Below the pieces are notes generated by a model, which saw only the letters and a list, made by a program, of their open reading frames with translations, ran no database searches and was not told the DNA's origin. This document shows positions 8,675 through 17,976 of a DNA stretch of 64,000 nt, piece by piece. Origin of the DNA: a virus (Duplodnaviria > Caudoviricetes). Location: positions 1 to 64,000 of the IMG/VR virus record IMGVR_UViG_3300032233_001500. The stretch is one strand, 5' to 3'. The number at the start of each line of letters is the position of its first letter. Position 1 is the first letter of the stretch. The translations under genes were made by a program, and so were the position numbers.

Positions 8675-9197
8675 AAGTTAAAATATCATAAAGAGTATAC
8701 TTAAAACTGACTGTTGCAGTTACATACTGCACATCAGTCATTGTTGAATCAAAATCAATTGTTGATAGTGATGTTGGAAACATCCCTCTAAATTTTACAG
8801 TTATATTTGAACGATAGTTGCTGTTATAAACAATTAGAGTTGCATCCGATACATTGGGGTTTGATGTATTTGTTGGATCACTCAATCTCCATTGATCATA
8901 TTCTGCAATACTTTCTGGGTAACCAAGACCCCTCATCCAATTATGAATTTCCAAATAATTTTCCATATTTTCATCAACGATAAATTTTAAATTAAAATCA
9001 TCGTAAGATAATTTATCACCTGGAATTGGAATATCCTTTAGGTAATTTGGTTGAATTGCTACTCCAAGATTAATGCCAGGAATATTAGCAGAATTGGAAA
9101 AGAAATCTACTTTAGGAGTTCTAGAAAGATTAAACTTAAATCCTAAAGGAGTTAAAAAATTTCTATTCTCAATTTGTTTTGAAAAAGCATTAGTCAT
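8661..9197 (-). CDS. gp3: Tail tube terminator / tail completion protein
   Basis: NFLTPLGFKF, VDFFSNSANIPGINLG, GDKLSYDDFNLKFIVDENMENY; position directly after gp23 as in cyanomyoviruses. Confidence 0.85.
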   Translation of the reverse strand: MTNAFSKQIENRNFLTPLGFKFNLSRTPKVDFFSNSANIPGINLGVAIQPNYLKDIPIPGDKLSYDDFNLKFIVDENMENYLEIHNWMRGLGYPESIAEYDQWRLSDPTNTSNPNVSDATLIVYNSNYRSNITVKFRGMFPTSLSTIDFDSTMTDVQYVTATVSFKYTLYDILTYEPG

Positions 9198-9212
9198 TGA
9201 GAGTTTTATTTT

Positions 9213-9219
9213 TATTTAT
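9213..9219 (-). promoter_or_regulatory. Late promoter (ATAAATA) for gp3
   Basis: tatttat on +, between the gp23 terminator and the gp3 ATG. Confidence 0.65.
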
Positions 9220-9225
9220 GAGCAT

Positions 9226-9250
9226 AAAAAAAGAGGGTCCGAAGACCCTC
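9226..9250 (-). terminator. Intrinsic terminator after gp23 with C(UUCG)G tetraloop
   Basis: The - strand reads GAGGGTC TTCG GACCCTC TTTTTTT. Confidence 0.92.
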
Positions 9251-9272
9251 CCGATTGAGTTGTGAGAAAGAC

Positions 9273-10673
9273 TCACATTAGGTTTGCAACCTTTACTCTT
9301 CTGTAGTAACGGTTTGCATTGAGGCGTAGGCGTCCAAGTCCTTGATCGGTTCCTTCTGCAAATGGGTTTGCAACGATTCCGTAACGAGTCTTGAAGCCAA
9401 TTTTTGGTTGGAAGGTGTCTTGTCCAACTGCACGTACCATTTGGAGAGGTACATAAGGGCAGTAGAAAATACCAGCGTCATAAGCACTAGAACCCTTGTA
9501 ACCAACAACGTAGTACTGGTTAGCATCAACGTTAGCAGCATAAGGATCAATGTAGACCTTATACTTACCTTGGAGAACACCAGCGAAGGTGTTACCAGTG
9601 TCATCAACGTTGAGGTTAGCGTTAAGAGCAGGAGTGTAATCAAGTACACCAGCCATGGTTAGAGCGGAAGCAACGTCTGCAGAACAGATGATGGTGTTGC
9701 CCTTCCCACGACGAGTTCTTTGTGCGATTGCGTTAGCATCACGCTCAATTTGGAAAAGAAGTCCTTTGAACTTCTCAACTGACCAACGACCGTTGGAGTC
9801 AACGTCAAGGTCAAATACACCAGCGGTTGCAGTGTTAACAGCAGCACCTTGCTCAGCAACCTTATAGATGGTTCTGATAACTTCTCTGTTGATTTCAGCG
9901 AGGATCTCAGTTGAGAGAATATTAGCAAGTTCTGCTTCTGCGTTTAGACCGTGGATAGCCTTGAGGTCTTGAGCGAGTTCTAGTGAATACTCAGCTTTGA
10001 GTGCTCTTGACTTCGCAGTAACGGTAACTTTCTCAATTGAGAAAGCCATTTCGTTGAAGAGGTTTCCAGCAGCATCACCGAGAGATTCAGCATTACCTGT
10101 TGAAAGACCTTCACCAACGTTATATGGTGATGGGTTGGTGGTAGCAGTACCAACTGGGTTAAGGGCAGATGGGTTAGTACCTGATTGAGCAGTTGTACCG
10201 AAACCTACGAGACCATCAGCGAAACCTGCGGAACGGTCACGGCTGTTGTTTTGTCCAGAGAATGCTGAATCTACTTCGTTGTAGAATGCTTCGGTTCCGC
10301 TTTGTGTACCATACTTGGAACGCATTGCGAAGATGAGTCCAGTAGGACCACTCATTGGTTGAACACCACAGATGTCGTATGCAATGAGGTTAGGCATTGA
10401 ACGACGAATGAGGCTGATTAGAACTGGGTCAAAACCTGCGGTAGGACCTGCAGCCTGAGCATCAGCACCACCGAAACCACCAGTACCAGCTGAGTTGGTT
10501 GGGGATGCTTCACCAAGGAATTCGCGTGATTCGCGGATTTCTCTTTCTTGGTTTTCTAGAAGTTGTGCCGTAACATATCTACGGTGTGAATCTTTGATGT
10601 CGCCTAGACCTTCGTTGAAGTCTAGGATAGGAGCCCACTTCTCCTGTAAGTATTGGGAATTCATTCCGTCCAT
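9273..10673 (-). CDS. gp23: Major capsid protein
   Basis: LQEKWAPIL, FDPVLISLIRRSMPNLIAYDICGVQPM, KSRALKAEYSLELAQDLKAIHG, FQPKIGFKTRYG; GAGGT Shine-Dalgarno upstream. Confidence 0.98.
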   Translation of the reverse strand: MDGMNSQYLQEKWAPILDFNEGLGDIKDSHRRYVTAQLLENQEREIRESREFLGEASPTNSAGTGGFGGADAQAAGPTAGFDPVLISLIRRSMPNLIAYDICGVQPMSGPTGLIFAMRSKYGTQSGTEAFYNEVDSAFSGQNNSRDRSAGFADGLVGFGTTAQSGTNPSALNPVGTATTNPSPYNVGEGLSTGNAESLGDAAGNLFNEMAFSIEKVTVTAKSRALKAEYSLELAQDLKAIHGLNAEAELANILSTEILAEINREVIRTIYKVAEQGAAVNTATAGVFDLDVDSNGRWSVEKFKGLLFQIERDANAIAQRTRRGKGNTIICSADVASALTMAGVLDYTPALNANLNVDDTGNTFAGVLQGKYKVYIDPYAANVDANQYYVVGYKGSSAYDAGIFYCPYVPLQMVRAVGQDTFQPKIGFKTRYGIVANPFAEGTDQGLGRLRLNANRYYRRVKVANLM

Positions 10674-10732
10674 TTGATTGATACCTCTGTTAAAAGTGTT
10701 GTTTAAGTTGCGGTTTGAGTATTATATAAAAC

Positions 10733-11977
10733 TCACTTTTTAGTAACGTTGGAAAGAGCGCGTAGATAAGCGTTCATTGAAGGCGAAGCTGCCTCAGTGA
10801 AGTTTGCTTCCTCTGTTAGATTTTCCGTTTCGTTAACTGCACCACCAGAATTTCTTGGGAAGTATGACTCCCTAAGAGTTACTAGTTTTTGGTGATATTC
10901 TTCTTCACTCCCAAACTCAACACTTTCTGCGAGGGATGCAAGCTTATCCTTTTGGGAAACAGCAAGTCCTTCGGAAACATCGTTGAATACGGTTTCAGCA
11001 ACCGACTCCGAAAGTTTCTTGTTAAGAACAACATTCTTCTGAATTTGTTCGTTGAGTTTTGTCTCCATGTCATCAAGTTTTTCTACCATGCTCTCTAGTA
11101 CATCATATTTCTCTTCAGGCATTGATACATAATGTTCTTCAAAAAGTCCCTTGAGGTTAACAAGGAACGACTCGGTGATCTCAGTTTTGAGACCACGCTC
11201 AACTGCGAGAGCATTTTCTTCCAACCATTCGGATGAAACATACTCAAGGTATGAATCAACTCTTTCGGTTAGTTGAAGTTTGATCTCCTCAACTTCCTCA
11301 ACAAGAGCAGCAGCATACTGCTCTTCAAGGGAGTTGCGGATTTCTTGTACTTTTGAATGTAAAGCAGCTTCAAAAACTACTTTTGCTTTTTCTTTGAATT
11401 CTTCGGAGAGATCTTCACCACCAAGTAGAGCATTGACATCTTCTTCAATGTCATACTCTTCTTTCTTCATCTTCTTACCGTCTTCATCATCCTCTTCATC
11501 ATCTTCCTCATCATCATCATCATCCTCTTCTTTGGATGATTTTTTCTTAGAAGACTTTTTACCAGCCTCATCTTCTTCATCACCTTCTTCATCATCTTCT
11601 TCTTCCTTAGCGGCTTCTAGAAGCTCTTCGTCTTCATCAAACTCGGAATCTTCTTTAACACCACTTTGACCAGGAGTTGCAACTGGAGTTGCACTCTTCG
11701 CAGCGCCTTGCATTCCTGCTTCAGCTTTAGCGGTTACAACATCCTTAACTTGCTTAAGGGTTGCTCCAGGTGTTTTAAGTTTTGCTGAGTCGTCATCAGG
11801 ACGATAATTAGAAGGATCAGGTCCACCCAAATCTTCCCAAGCACCAGTTTGACCAGGAGCTAGAACCGAAGTTGCTGACTTCTGAGGTGCCATGCCTGCA
11901 TCTGCATGAGCATTTACAGCTGTTTTAGATTGAGTAGTGCCGGTTTCCATTTCTTGTAAATTCTTACCACGGGACAT
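10733..11977 (-). CDS. gp22: Prohead core scaffolding protein
   Basis: WEDLGGP, LSEEFKEKAKVVFEAA, RVDSYLEYVSSEWLEENALAVERG; between gp21 and gp23. Confidence 0.93.
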   Translation of the reverse strand: MSRGKNLQEMETGTTQSKTAVNAHADAGMAPQKSATSVLAPGQTGAWEDLGGPDPSNYRPDDDSAKLKTPGATLKQVKDVVTAKAEAGMQGAAKSATPVATPGQSGVKEDSEFDEDEELLEAAKEEEDDEEGDEEDEAGKKSSKKKSSKEEDDDDDEEDDEEDDEDGKKMKKEEYDIEEDVNALLGGEDLSEEFKEKAKVVFEAALHSKVQEIRNSLEEQYAAALVEEVEEIKLQLTERVDSYLEYVSSEWLEENALAVERGLKTEITESFLVNLKGLFEEHYVSMPEEKYDVLESMVEKLDDMETKLNEQIQKNVVLNKKLSESVAETVFNDVSEGLAVSQKDKLASLAESVEFGSEEEYHQKLVTLRESYFPRNSGGAVNETENLTEEANFTEAASPSMNAYLRALSNVTKK

Positions 11978-12012
11978 TTGAACTCTCCGATTACCTTTGT
12001 ATAATCTTTATT

Positions 12013-12020
12013 TATTTATA
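12013..12020 (-). promoter_or_regulatory. Late promoter TATAAATA for gp22-gp23
   Basis: Exact T4 late consensus in the intergenic region. Confidence 0.8.
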
Positions 12021-12022
12021 AT

Positions 12023-12673
12023 TTAAAGATTTGACAAAAACTCGTTGAACAGATTTAACTTCTGTTCATCAAGTCTTTTCTGATCTATAAGTGTATTTAT
12101 TCTTTTTTGTGTCTTAGAAGCAAGTTGTTCTCTGAGAATTCCACCATCCCATACCCATTCTTTACCTTCCATAATACCCGACACAAATGCATCAGGAGCA
12201 GAAGGATCCGCAACGATATCAGCAGCAGTTGCAAGCATAAAGTCTTCACCTACAATTTTGACACCTTCATTAGTGGTTTGTAGTGATCCAACACCTCTTG
12301 AAGAAACACCAAGAGTTACACCTTCACCAATCAGTGATTGTGCAATTTTACCCATTGGAGTTGAAAGGATTTGTGCCTTACCGTAGAAGTTATTTCCTCT
12401 CTGTTCAAGAACAGTAATCTTGTGTGAAACACGATCAAGATTTACAGTAGGACCATCAGGATGCCCAAGTTCTCCGAGAGCACGACCCTTATTGACAAAT
12501 GATTCATTGTAACGGTTTACTTCACGAGCAAGAGTTGTAATTGGGTACATACGACCATTACGGTTCTTGATTTCTCCTTGAAGGAATACACCTTCAATGA
12601 ACATTTTTTTGTCAGCGCCTTTGCCTTCTACGACAAATTCTACTTGTGATACTTCTTCTGTGATGAGTTTCAT
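12023..12673 (-). CDS. gp21: Prohead protease
   Basis: MKLITEE, NRNGRMYP, GELGHP (catalytic His), GVSSRG (catalytic Ser), DIVADPSAPDA. Confidence 0.97.
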   Translation of the reverse strand: MKLITEEVSQVEFVVEGKGADKKMFIEGVFLQGEIKNRNGRMYPITTLAREVNRYNESFVNKGRALGELGHPDGPTVNLDRVSHKITVLEQRGNNFYGKAQILSTPMGKIAQSLIGEGVTLGVSSRGVGSLQTTNEGVKIVGEDFMLATAADIVADPSAPDAFVSGIMEGKEWVWDGGILREQLASKTQKRINTLIDQKRLDEQKLNLFNEFLSNL

Positions 12674-12674
12674 T

Positions 12675-13196
12675 TTAGACTACACCTGCGGTTTGAACTT
12701 CGGTTACGTGAACAGTGGCACTTCCACCTGAACCCATTGCGGAAAGTTGAATACTTCTTGCAATAGTTGTTCCTGTTAAAGCAACACCGATTACAGCTGA
12801 GCTGTTAAAATTAAGAGTGAGGGAAGATTGAGTTACTGCAGTAACTTGGGCAAAAGTAGTATTAATTCCTGAAGGATATCCACTTTCAATTGCGGCATAA
12901 TCTCCAACTACAAATGGATTTCCTTGATTTTCTGCAAAAGTTACAGTAGTTGATGCACCAGTGGTGATACCAGCAACTTGTTGTCTAGCAACCCTTTCTT
13001 TTAATACTGCAGATTCTCCAACAGCAAGATAAAAATCATTTGCTGTTGCAGCAGCAGAAGTACTTACGGTTGCAGGACTTCCTTGAGATGAAACTCTTAG
13101 ATATCCACTCTTGAGTGGAATTGCCGCAGTGTTAACTACAGAACCAGAACCAGCAGTAATAACTCCTACTGTTTGTACGACTTTAAACGCCATCAA
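12675..13196 (-). CDS. Ala/Ser/Thr/Val-rich hypothetical protein, probably virion-associated
   Basis: 173-aa ORF with a GAGG SD and an upstream CTAAATA late motif; beta-rich composition. Confidence 0.75.
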   Translation of the reverse strand: MMAFKVVQTVGVITAGSGSVVNTAAIPLKSGYLRVSSQGSPATVSTSAAATANDFYLAVGESAVLKERVARQQVAGITTGASTTVTFAENQGNPFVVGDYAAIESGYPSGINTTFAQVTAVTQSSLTLNFNSSAVIGVALTGTTIARSIQLSAMGSGGSATVHVTEVQTAGVV

Positions 13197-13231
13197 TCTT
13201 CCTCTTGATTAATTTTCATACTTATAATAGT

Positions 13232-13238
13232 TATTTAG
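13232..13238 (-). promoter_or_regulatory. Late promoter variant CTAAATA
   Basis: tatttag on +, about 35 nt upstream of the 12675..13196 start. Confidence 0.55.
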
Positions 13239-13272
13239 AATAATATAGGTTTTGTTTAGTTAAAATTAAAAA

Positions 13273-16200
13273 TCAAGACCAAGTACCAACAGCACTATGA
13301 GTACTAATACCCGCCACTGGTAATAGTTTAATATAAGCATCAAGAACACTCCAAGTAACAGGAGTATTTTGATCCTGACTAATCATAAAATTAACATTAC
13401 CTGCTGTGCTTACATCAATAGTTCCGTATAGAGTAATGTGAGTAAATTGTGCCATATCACCTATGGTATCCGCTGCAGTAATTGCTGCACCAACTGCATT
13501 GGTACTTGCCATTACAATTCCAGCAGTATAACCACCAAGAGTAGTAGTTTTATTAACTTGATATGTGAAATTATGTTTTGCCACCGTCGCACCACCATTT
13601 AATGCTAAAGCATAACTAAGAACACCTGTTGTCTTGTTTGATTGTACATTAAACACCAATTCGTATTGATATCGTGTATTTGATGATACTCCAACACCAT
13701 TTGTCAATCCAAATATACTTGTTAGTGTGTTTCTGGCACTCGGAAGTGAACGAGAACTACTTAGTGCATAAAAAAGTAGATTACCTCCTACACCACCATT
13801 AATAGTAACTTCTCCAGTTGAACTTGATATTGTAATTCCAACACCAGCAACAATAGAAGTTACAATACCAGTTAGATTAGTTCCAGAACCATTGTAAGAA
13901 GTTGCAGTAACGACACCAGTAAATACTCCACCATCATTAACCTGAAGTTGAGCAGCAGTTACAATTCCAACAGTGATATTTGGAGAACCCGTAAGTCCTT
14001 GCGATGTTGATGATATTCCAGCAGTTGATGCATATCCTGCAATTGTGGAGATACCGGATGAAGTAGAATATCCAGCCCTGGTTGCATAAGTAGCAATCCC
14101 CGCAGATGTAGAATATCCAGCAATCGTTGCATAAGTCGCAATACCAGCACTTGTGGAATAACCAGCCGTTACTGCATAAGTCGCAATCCCCGCAACAGGT
14201 GCATAAGTTGTTGTGACTGTTGTGATACCAGACCCAAATCCATTTGAATATGAAATTGTAACTCCAGCACCTGCATAAATTTTATTAACAATTGAGGGTT
14301 TATTCAGAATGGATGCAACACCAACATTTGAATTCCAATCACTATTGACTTGAGCAGTTCCATTAATCGTAACTCGTCCTGTTGAACCTGATACCGAAAT
14401 ACCACCAGTACCAGCAAGAATAGAAGTAACAATACCAGTTAGATTTACACCATTACCAGTATAAGAAGTTGCAGATACAACTCCAACATTGATTCCAAGT
14501 GCTGATGTATTTCCATTAGTGAGTACTGAATTTAAATCCTGTGTTCCAGTTGCATTAATTGTAACTGTACCAATTCCATTCACAGGAGATACTGAAACTC
14601 CAGTTCCTCCAATAATTTTATTAACAATTGTTGGTTTGTTTAGAATTGCAGTAACACCAGTGGTAGCATTCCAATCAGAATTAAGTTGTGTTCTTGGTCC
14701 AGGAATTTGGTCATAATGAACTCCATTATGAATTAACAAATCTCCATCTTGAAGCGATAGAGTTCCGTTTAAACCAAAATTAGTTGTACCAACTCCAACT
14801 ACTGTATATTCCCAACCTGCTTGTCCTGTTGCATCAGTAATTGGAGGAGTATTGGTTTCAACATTATATGTTCCTTTATAGATAACAGCACCAACAATAG
14901 TTGGAGGTGTCTCCCAAGACATTACATAATTACCACCAACATTAGTTACCTTAAGGAACTTATCTGCAGTTCCTGCGGTTTGAGGTGGGAAATATGTTAA
15001 TCTTGAGTTGTCGTAGAAAGTGATACCAGTAGTGCTGCCTGTACCAGCAAAGGATAATCCTTCAGTATTAATTCTTAAATCTAATGTTTTTGCGATTGAA
15101 CCAATCGGTGCATTATAAAATCTATACTCTGCGCTCTGTGCAGTATTTGTGAAGTTTTCTCTTGCAACGACTTCTATATTGTTTGCTGCTAATCCACCAG
15201 CAAATCCTGTAGAACCCCATCCAACTGAACTATAACGACTTAAAATATCTCCTGATTGTGATGCACTTGGAGATGCAGCAGTTCCACGACCAGCACGACT
15301 AACATAAGCAGGAAAAACACCAGTACCCCAAGCATCATTAGTGATACGACTTACTGCACCATCATTACCAGTGATATGCAACATACCACCAGAGTTTACG
15401 ATTGGTTGATATGCTCCATTAGTTGAACCAATAATACTCATTCCACCAATATCTCCCGCAGGAATAGTTGGAGGATAGAATTGAGTGCGTCCTGTGCGAT
15501 CTGTATAAAATGCGGTTCTATTTACAGCATTTTCAACTCTAACTGAACGATTGAATATAACATCCGCAGTCGCACCAAGAGAACCAATATAAACATCACG
15601 AGTACTATCTTTAATCTGCAAGGTATTATCTCTCAATACCCATTCACCAACTTCTAAACCAGCACCACCTTTGATGTAGAAATTACCTGCTTTTGCTCCA
15701 AGTGCTTGGTCGTTTCCTAATGTTTCGTCCTGAACGTAAATCGTACCAGTTCCAAACCAGACTTCTTTAAATCTTCTTGCAGGAGAACCCAAAGACCACT
15801 CATTAGTCGTGTATGGGAGAATGTCTGAGTGATTAACAATATTACCACCAGCACCAGCATTCAAAGTAATATCAACATCATTTCCAGTAAGTATTGACAT
15901 CCCCGCATTGACGGTTGTACGAGCAAAAGTAATTATCTCATCTGTTACTGGAAGAGGTGCTCCTACTGGAAAATTAATATCAGTAATAATAACCTTATTA
16001 TATGCACCAGTGCCAATACCAATAATTTTACTTCCAACTGGAATTGCTGCACCAGCAATCACATCATCTATCTGAAGTGTTGGTGTGGGAACTGATTGAA
16101 GTTCATAAACTGCATATGGAACACCAGTAATACCATAGGTTAAACCATAACTTCCAATACCTAAATTTGCATAATTTCCGTGTTCAAGAACTACATTTAG

Positions 16201-17724
16201 ATTTTCATTACCAATGTTAGCAACAATTGAAGAAATACCAGAAATAACAGAACCAACTGGAATGTTTACTGCAGCAACACTAATTTCATTTGTGGTTGTA
16301 TTTCCACGGTCGGTGACTGTATCCAAAGTATCTGCATCCAAATCACCAACTAATACAAATTCTGCTTTGTTTGTTGTTGAATTCCAGGACAGAACTTTAC
16401 CATCATAAGCACTTGAATTAGTTGCAAGTCCAACAACATCATCCAGGTATCTAAATTTTGTTTCACCACCACCACCTAATGTGGAAAGTTGTTGTTGGAT
16501 ACGATTAATGAATAAACGATAATGATTTTGAAGTTGATCTAAAGTTACAAAGTTTTGATCAAGTGGTGTGAGTGGATCAGAGTTCTTTGTATTTGGTGGT
16601 TCATTTAGAAGTCCTTCTTTGATGACTTCTTGTACAACGACTTCTGGTTCAATACGAGAATATGTTTCTTTGATATAATCAATCTTCTTCTCAAGACGCT
16701 CAAGGTTCTCTTGAAGATTTCCAACAGGAATTTGTTCAATCTCTGCAAATACTTCTTCTTTGAGTTCTACAAGTTCTTGATGATTTTCTTTTAGGTATTC
16801 GTCTACATTTTCTAAACGAACATCATATTCTTTAATAGTTTCACCAAAATTTTTCAAATGTTGTTCATTGATTACAACATCTGCTTTGATATTTGAGATT
16901 TCGGAAGAAACTTTGTTTTTAATATCCTCAACTTCTTCATCAATAGTATCAATTCTATTAGTTACATTTGAAGAAATAGTCTCAAACTTTTCTTCAATGA
17001 CTTCTTCAATAACTTGACGGTTTGAAGTATTTTCTTCTTGAATATTATTTTCAAGTTCTACAAATGCTTCGTGAAGAGATTGAATGATTTGTGAGTATTC
17101 TTCCAGTCTTTCATTTTCTTCAAAAACTTTCTTCTCTAAAGACTTGGAAAGTTTTTGGTATGTTTCTGAAGTATTTTGAACTTTACTTTGAGTTTCTTGA
17201 AGTTGATTATTGAAATACTCTAAGTTATTGTCAATGACTTCTGCAATATTATTGACTTGAGTATCTATTTCTTCTCGGATACCAACAATATTTTCTTCTA
17301 CAACTTCTTTTAACTCATCAAACTTTTCTCCAATACGAACTTCGTTTCTGGTTACTTGTTTTTTGTATTTTGGTAATTCTTCTTCTACAAGGTCTTCAAC
17401 AATTTCACTTAGATTAGAAACAGTTGTTTTAAACTCTCTTAGATCTTCTTTGTTTAATCCTTTTACTTGATTTTGAAGTGACTTAAAGTTTTCATCAAGA
17501 ACCATCAGTTGAGACAACATTGCGTTCTCAAGATCACTTCTACCCAACTTCTCAGACAATTGTTGAGATAGTTGTTCTACCTTTTCTGATAAAATATTAA
17601 CTCTATCCAAATTATCACGAAAACGATCATAAGTTTCTGTGATATCAGAAGAAACCTCTGGAGAATTAAAAACTCCAGAAGGTTCAGTTTTATTGAATAG
17701 GTCTGATGGTTTTTTAAGTGCCAC
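13273..17724 (-). CDS. 1483-aa chimeric protein: acidic coiled-coil N-terminus plus fibre-like mosaic C-terminus
   Basis: About 370 aa of E/K/L-rich heptad sequence, then Gly/Thr/Ser-rich fibre motifs (LDTVTDRGNTT, SLGSPARRF, RGTAASPS, YKGTYN, QxNSDWN twice, AGIATYA repeats). GTG start with an upstream ATAAATA. Confidence 0.8.
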   Translation of the reverse strand: MALKKPSDLFNKTEPSGVFNSPEVSSDITETYDRFRDNLDRVNILSEKVEQLSQQLSEKLGRSDLENAMLSQLMVLDENFKSLQNQVKGLNKEDLREFKTTVSNLSEIVEDLVEEELPKYKKQVTRNEVRIGEKFDELKEVVEENIVGIREEIDTQVNNIAEVIDNNLEYFNNQLQETQSKVQNTSETYQKLSKSLEKKVFEENERLEEYSQIIQSLHEAFVELENNIQEENTSNRQVIEEVIEEKFETISSNVTNRIDTIDEEVEDIKNKVSSEISNIKADVVINEQHLKNFGETIKEYDVRLENVDEYLKENHQELVELKEEVFAEIEQIPVGNLQENLERLEKKIDYIKETYSRIEPEVVVQEVIKEGLLNEPPNTKNSDPLTPLDQNFVTLDQLQNHYRLFINRIQQQLSTLGGGGETKFRYLDDVVGLATNSSAYDGKVLSWNSTTNKAEFVLVGDLDADTLDTVTDRGNTTTNEISVAAVNIPVGSVISGISSIVANIGNENLNVVLEHGNYANLGIGSYGLTYGITGVPYAVYELQSVPTPTLQIDDVIAGAAIPVGSKIIGIGTGAYNKVIITDINFPVGAPLPVTDEIITFARTTVNAGMSILTGNDVDITLNAGAGGNIVNHSDILPYTTNEWSLGSPARRFKEVWFGTGTIYVQDETLGNDQALGAKAGNFYIKGGAGLEVGEWVLRDNTLQIKDSTRDVYIGSLGATADVIFNRSVRVENAVNRTAFYTDRTGRTQFYPPTIPAGDIGGMSIIGSTNGAYQPIVNSGGMLHITGNDGAVSRITNDAWGTGVFPAYVSRAGRGTAASPSASQSGDILSRYSSVGWGSTGFAGGLAANNIEVVARENFTNTAQSAEYRFYNAPIGSIAKTLDLRINTEGLSFAGTGSTTGITFYDNSRLTYFPPQTAGTADKFLKVTNVGGNYVMSWETPPTIVGAVIYKGTYNVETNTPPITDATGQAGWEYTVVGVGTTNFGLNGTLSLQDGDLLIHNGVHYDQIPGPRTQLNSDWNATTGVTAILNKPTIVNKIIGGTGVSVSPVNGIGTVTINATGTQDLNSVLTNGNTSALGINVGVVSATSYTGNGVNLTGIVTSILAGTGGISVSGSTGRVTINGTAQVNSDWNSNVGVASILNKPSIVNKIYAGAGVTISYSNGFGSGITTVTTTYAPVAGIATYAVTAGYSTSAGIATYATIAGYSTSAGIATYATRAGYSTSSGISTIAGYASTAGISSTSQGLTGSPNITVGIVTAAQLQVNDGGVFTGVVTATSYNGSGTNLTGIVTSIVAGVGITISSSTGEVTINGGVGGNLLFYALSSSRSLPSARNTLTSIFGLTNGVGVSSNTRYQYELVFNVQSNKTTGVLSYALALNGGATVAKHNFTYQVNKTTTLGGYTAGIVMASTNAVGAAITAADTIGDMAQFTHITLYGTIDVSTAGNVNFMISQDQNTPVTWSVLDAYIKLLPVAGISTHSAVGTWS
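14005..14193 (-). repeat. Tandem 45-nt / 15-aa coding repeat (AGIATYAxxAGYSTS)
   Basis: Protein reads AGIATYAVTAGYSTS AGIATYATIAGYSTS AGIATYATRAGYSTS SGISTIAGYAST AGISST. Confidence 0.85.
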
Positions 17725-17749
17725 TTATAAACTTGCTCACATATAATAA

Positions 17750-17756
17750 TATTTAT
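17750..17756 (-). promoter_or_regulatory. Late promoter (ATAAATA) for the 1483-aa gene
   Basis: tatttat on +, 25 nt upstream of the GTG. Confidence 0.6.
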
Positions 17757-17775
17757 TTCATTATAAAAAATGAGA

Positions 17776-17940
17776 TTATTCTTCTTCAGTATCTTGCGTT
17801 TGTCCGAACATTGATGCCGCCACAACTGGGCGGATTGTTTCAATGTTTTGTGCTGATTTTTGCATTAAAAGTTCCTTAATTTTATCACTCACTTCAGCAG
17901 CAGATTGATCAGAAACGATCATATCAATAAGGTCATCCAT
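17776..17940 (-). CDS. Small acidic prohead core protein (gp67-like); not in the ORF track because it is 54 aa
   Basis: Manual translation MDDLIDMIVSDQSAAEVSDKIKELLMQKSAQNIETIRPVVAASMFGQTQDTEEE*. Lies directly after the portal gene, behind a perfect TATAAATA. Confidence 0.8.
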   Translation of the reverse strand: MDDLIDMIVSDQSAAEVSDKIKELLMQKSAQNIETIRPVVAASMFGQTQDTEEE

Positions 17941-17968
17941 AGTTTTAAATTCAGTGTTTACTTAAGAA

Positions 17969-17976
17969 TATTTATA
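17969..17976 (-). promoter_or_regulatory. Late promoter TATAAATA overlapping the gp20 stop codon
   Basis: - strand ...ATA TAA ATA..., exact consensus. Confidence 0.8.

Noticed and set aside
9293-10677. Alternative-frame and antisense ORFs over gp23
   Set aside because: Expected from the strong codon bias of a highly expressed gene; no start signals.
11280-11669. 129-aa poly-Ser ORF on the + strand
   Set aside because: It is the antisense reading of the GAT/GAA-rich acidic tract of gp22; there is no independent RBS or promoter.
11978-12005. + strand TTGAAC-N16-TATAAT between gp22 and gp21
   Set aside because: Mismatched -35 and short spacer in very AT-rich DNA; chance occurrence is likely, unlike the consensus pair at 6329.
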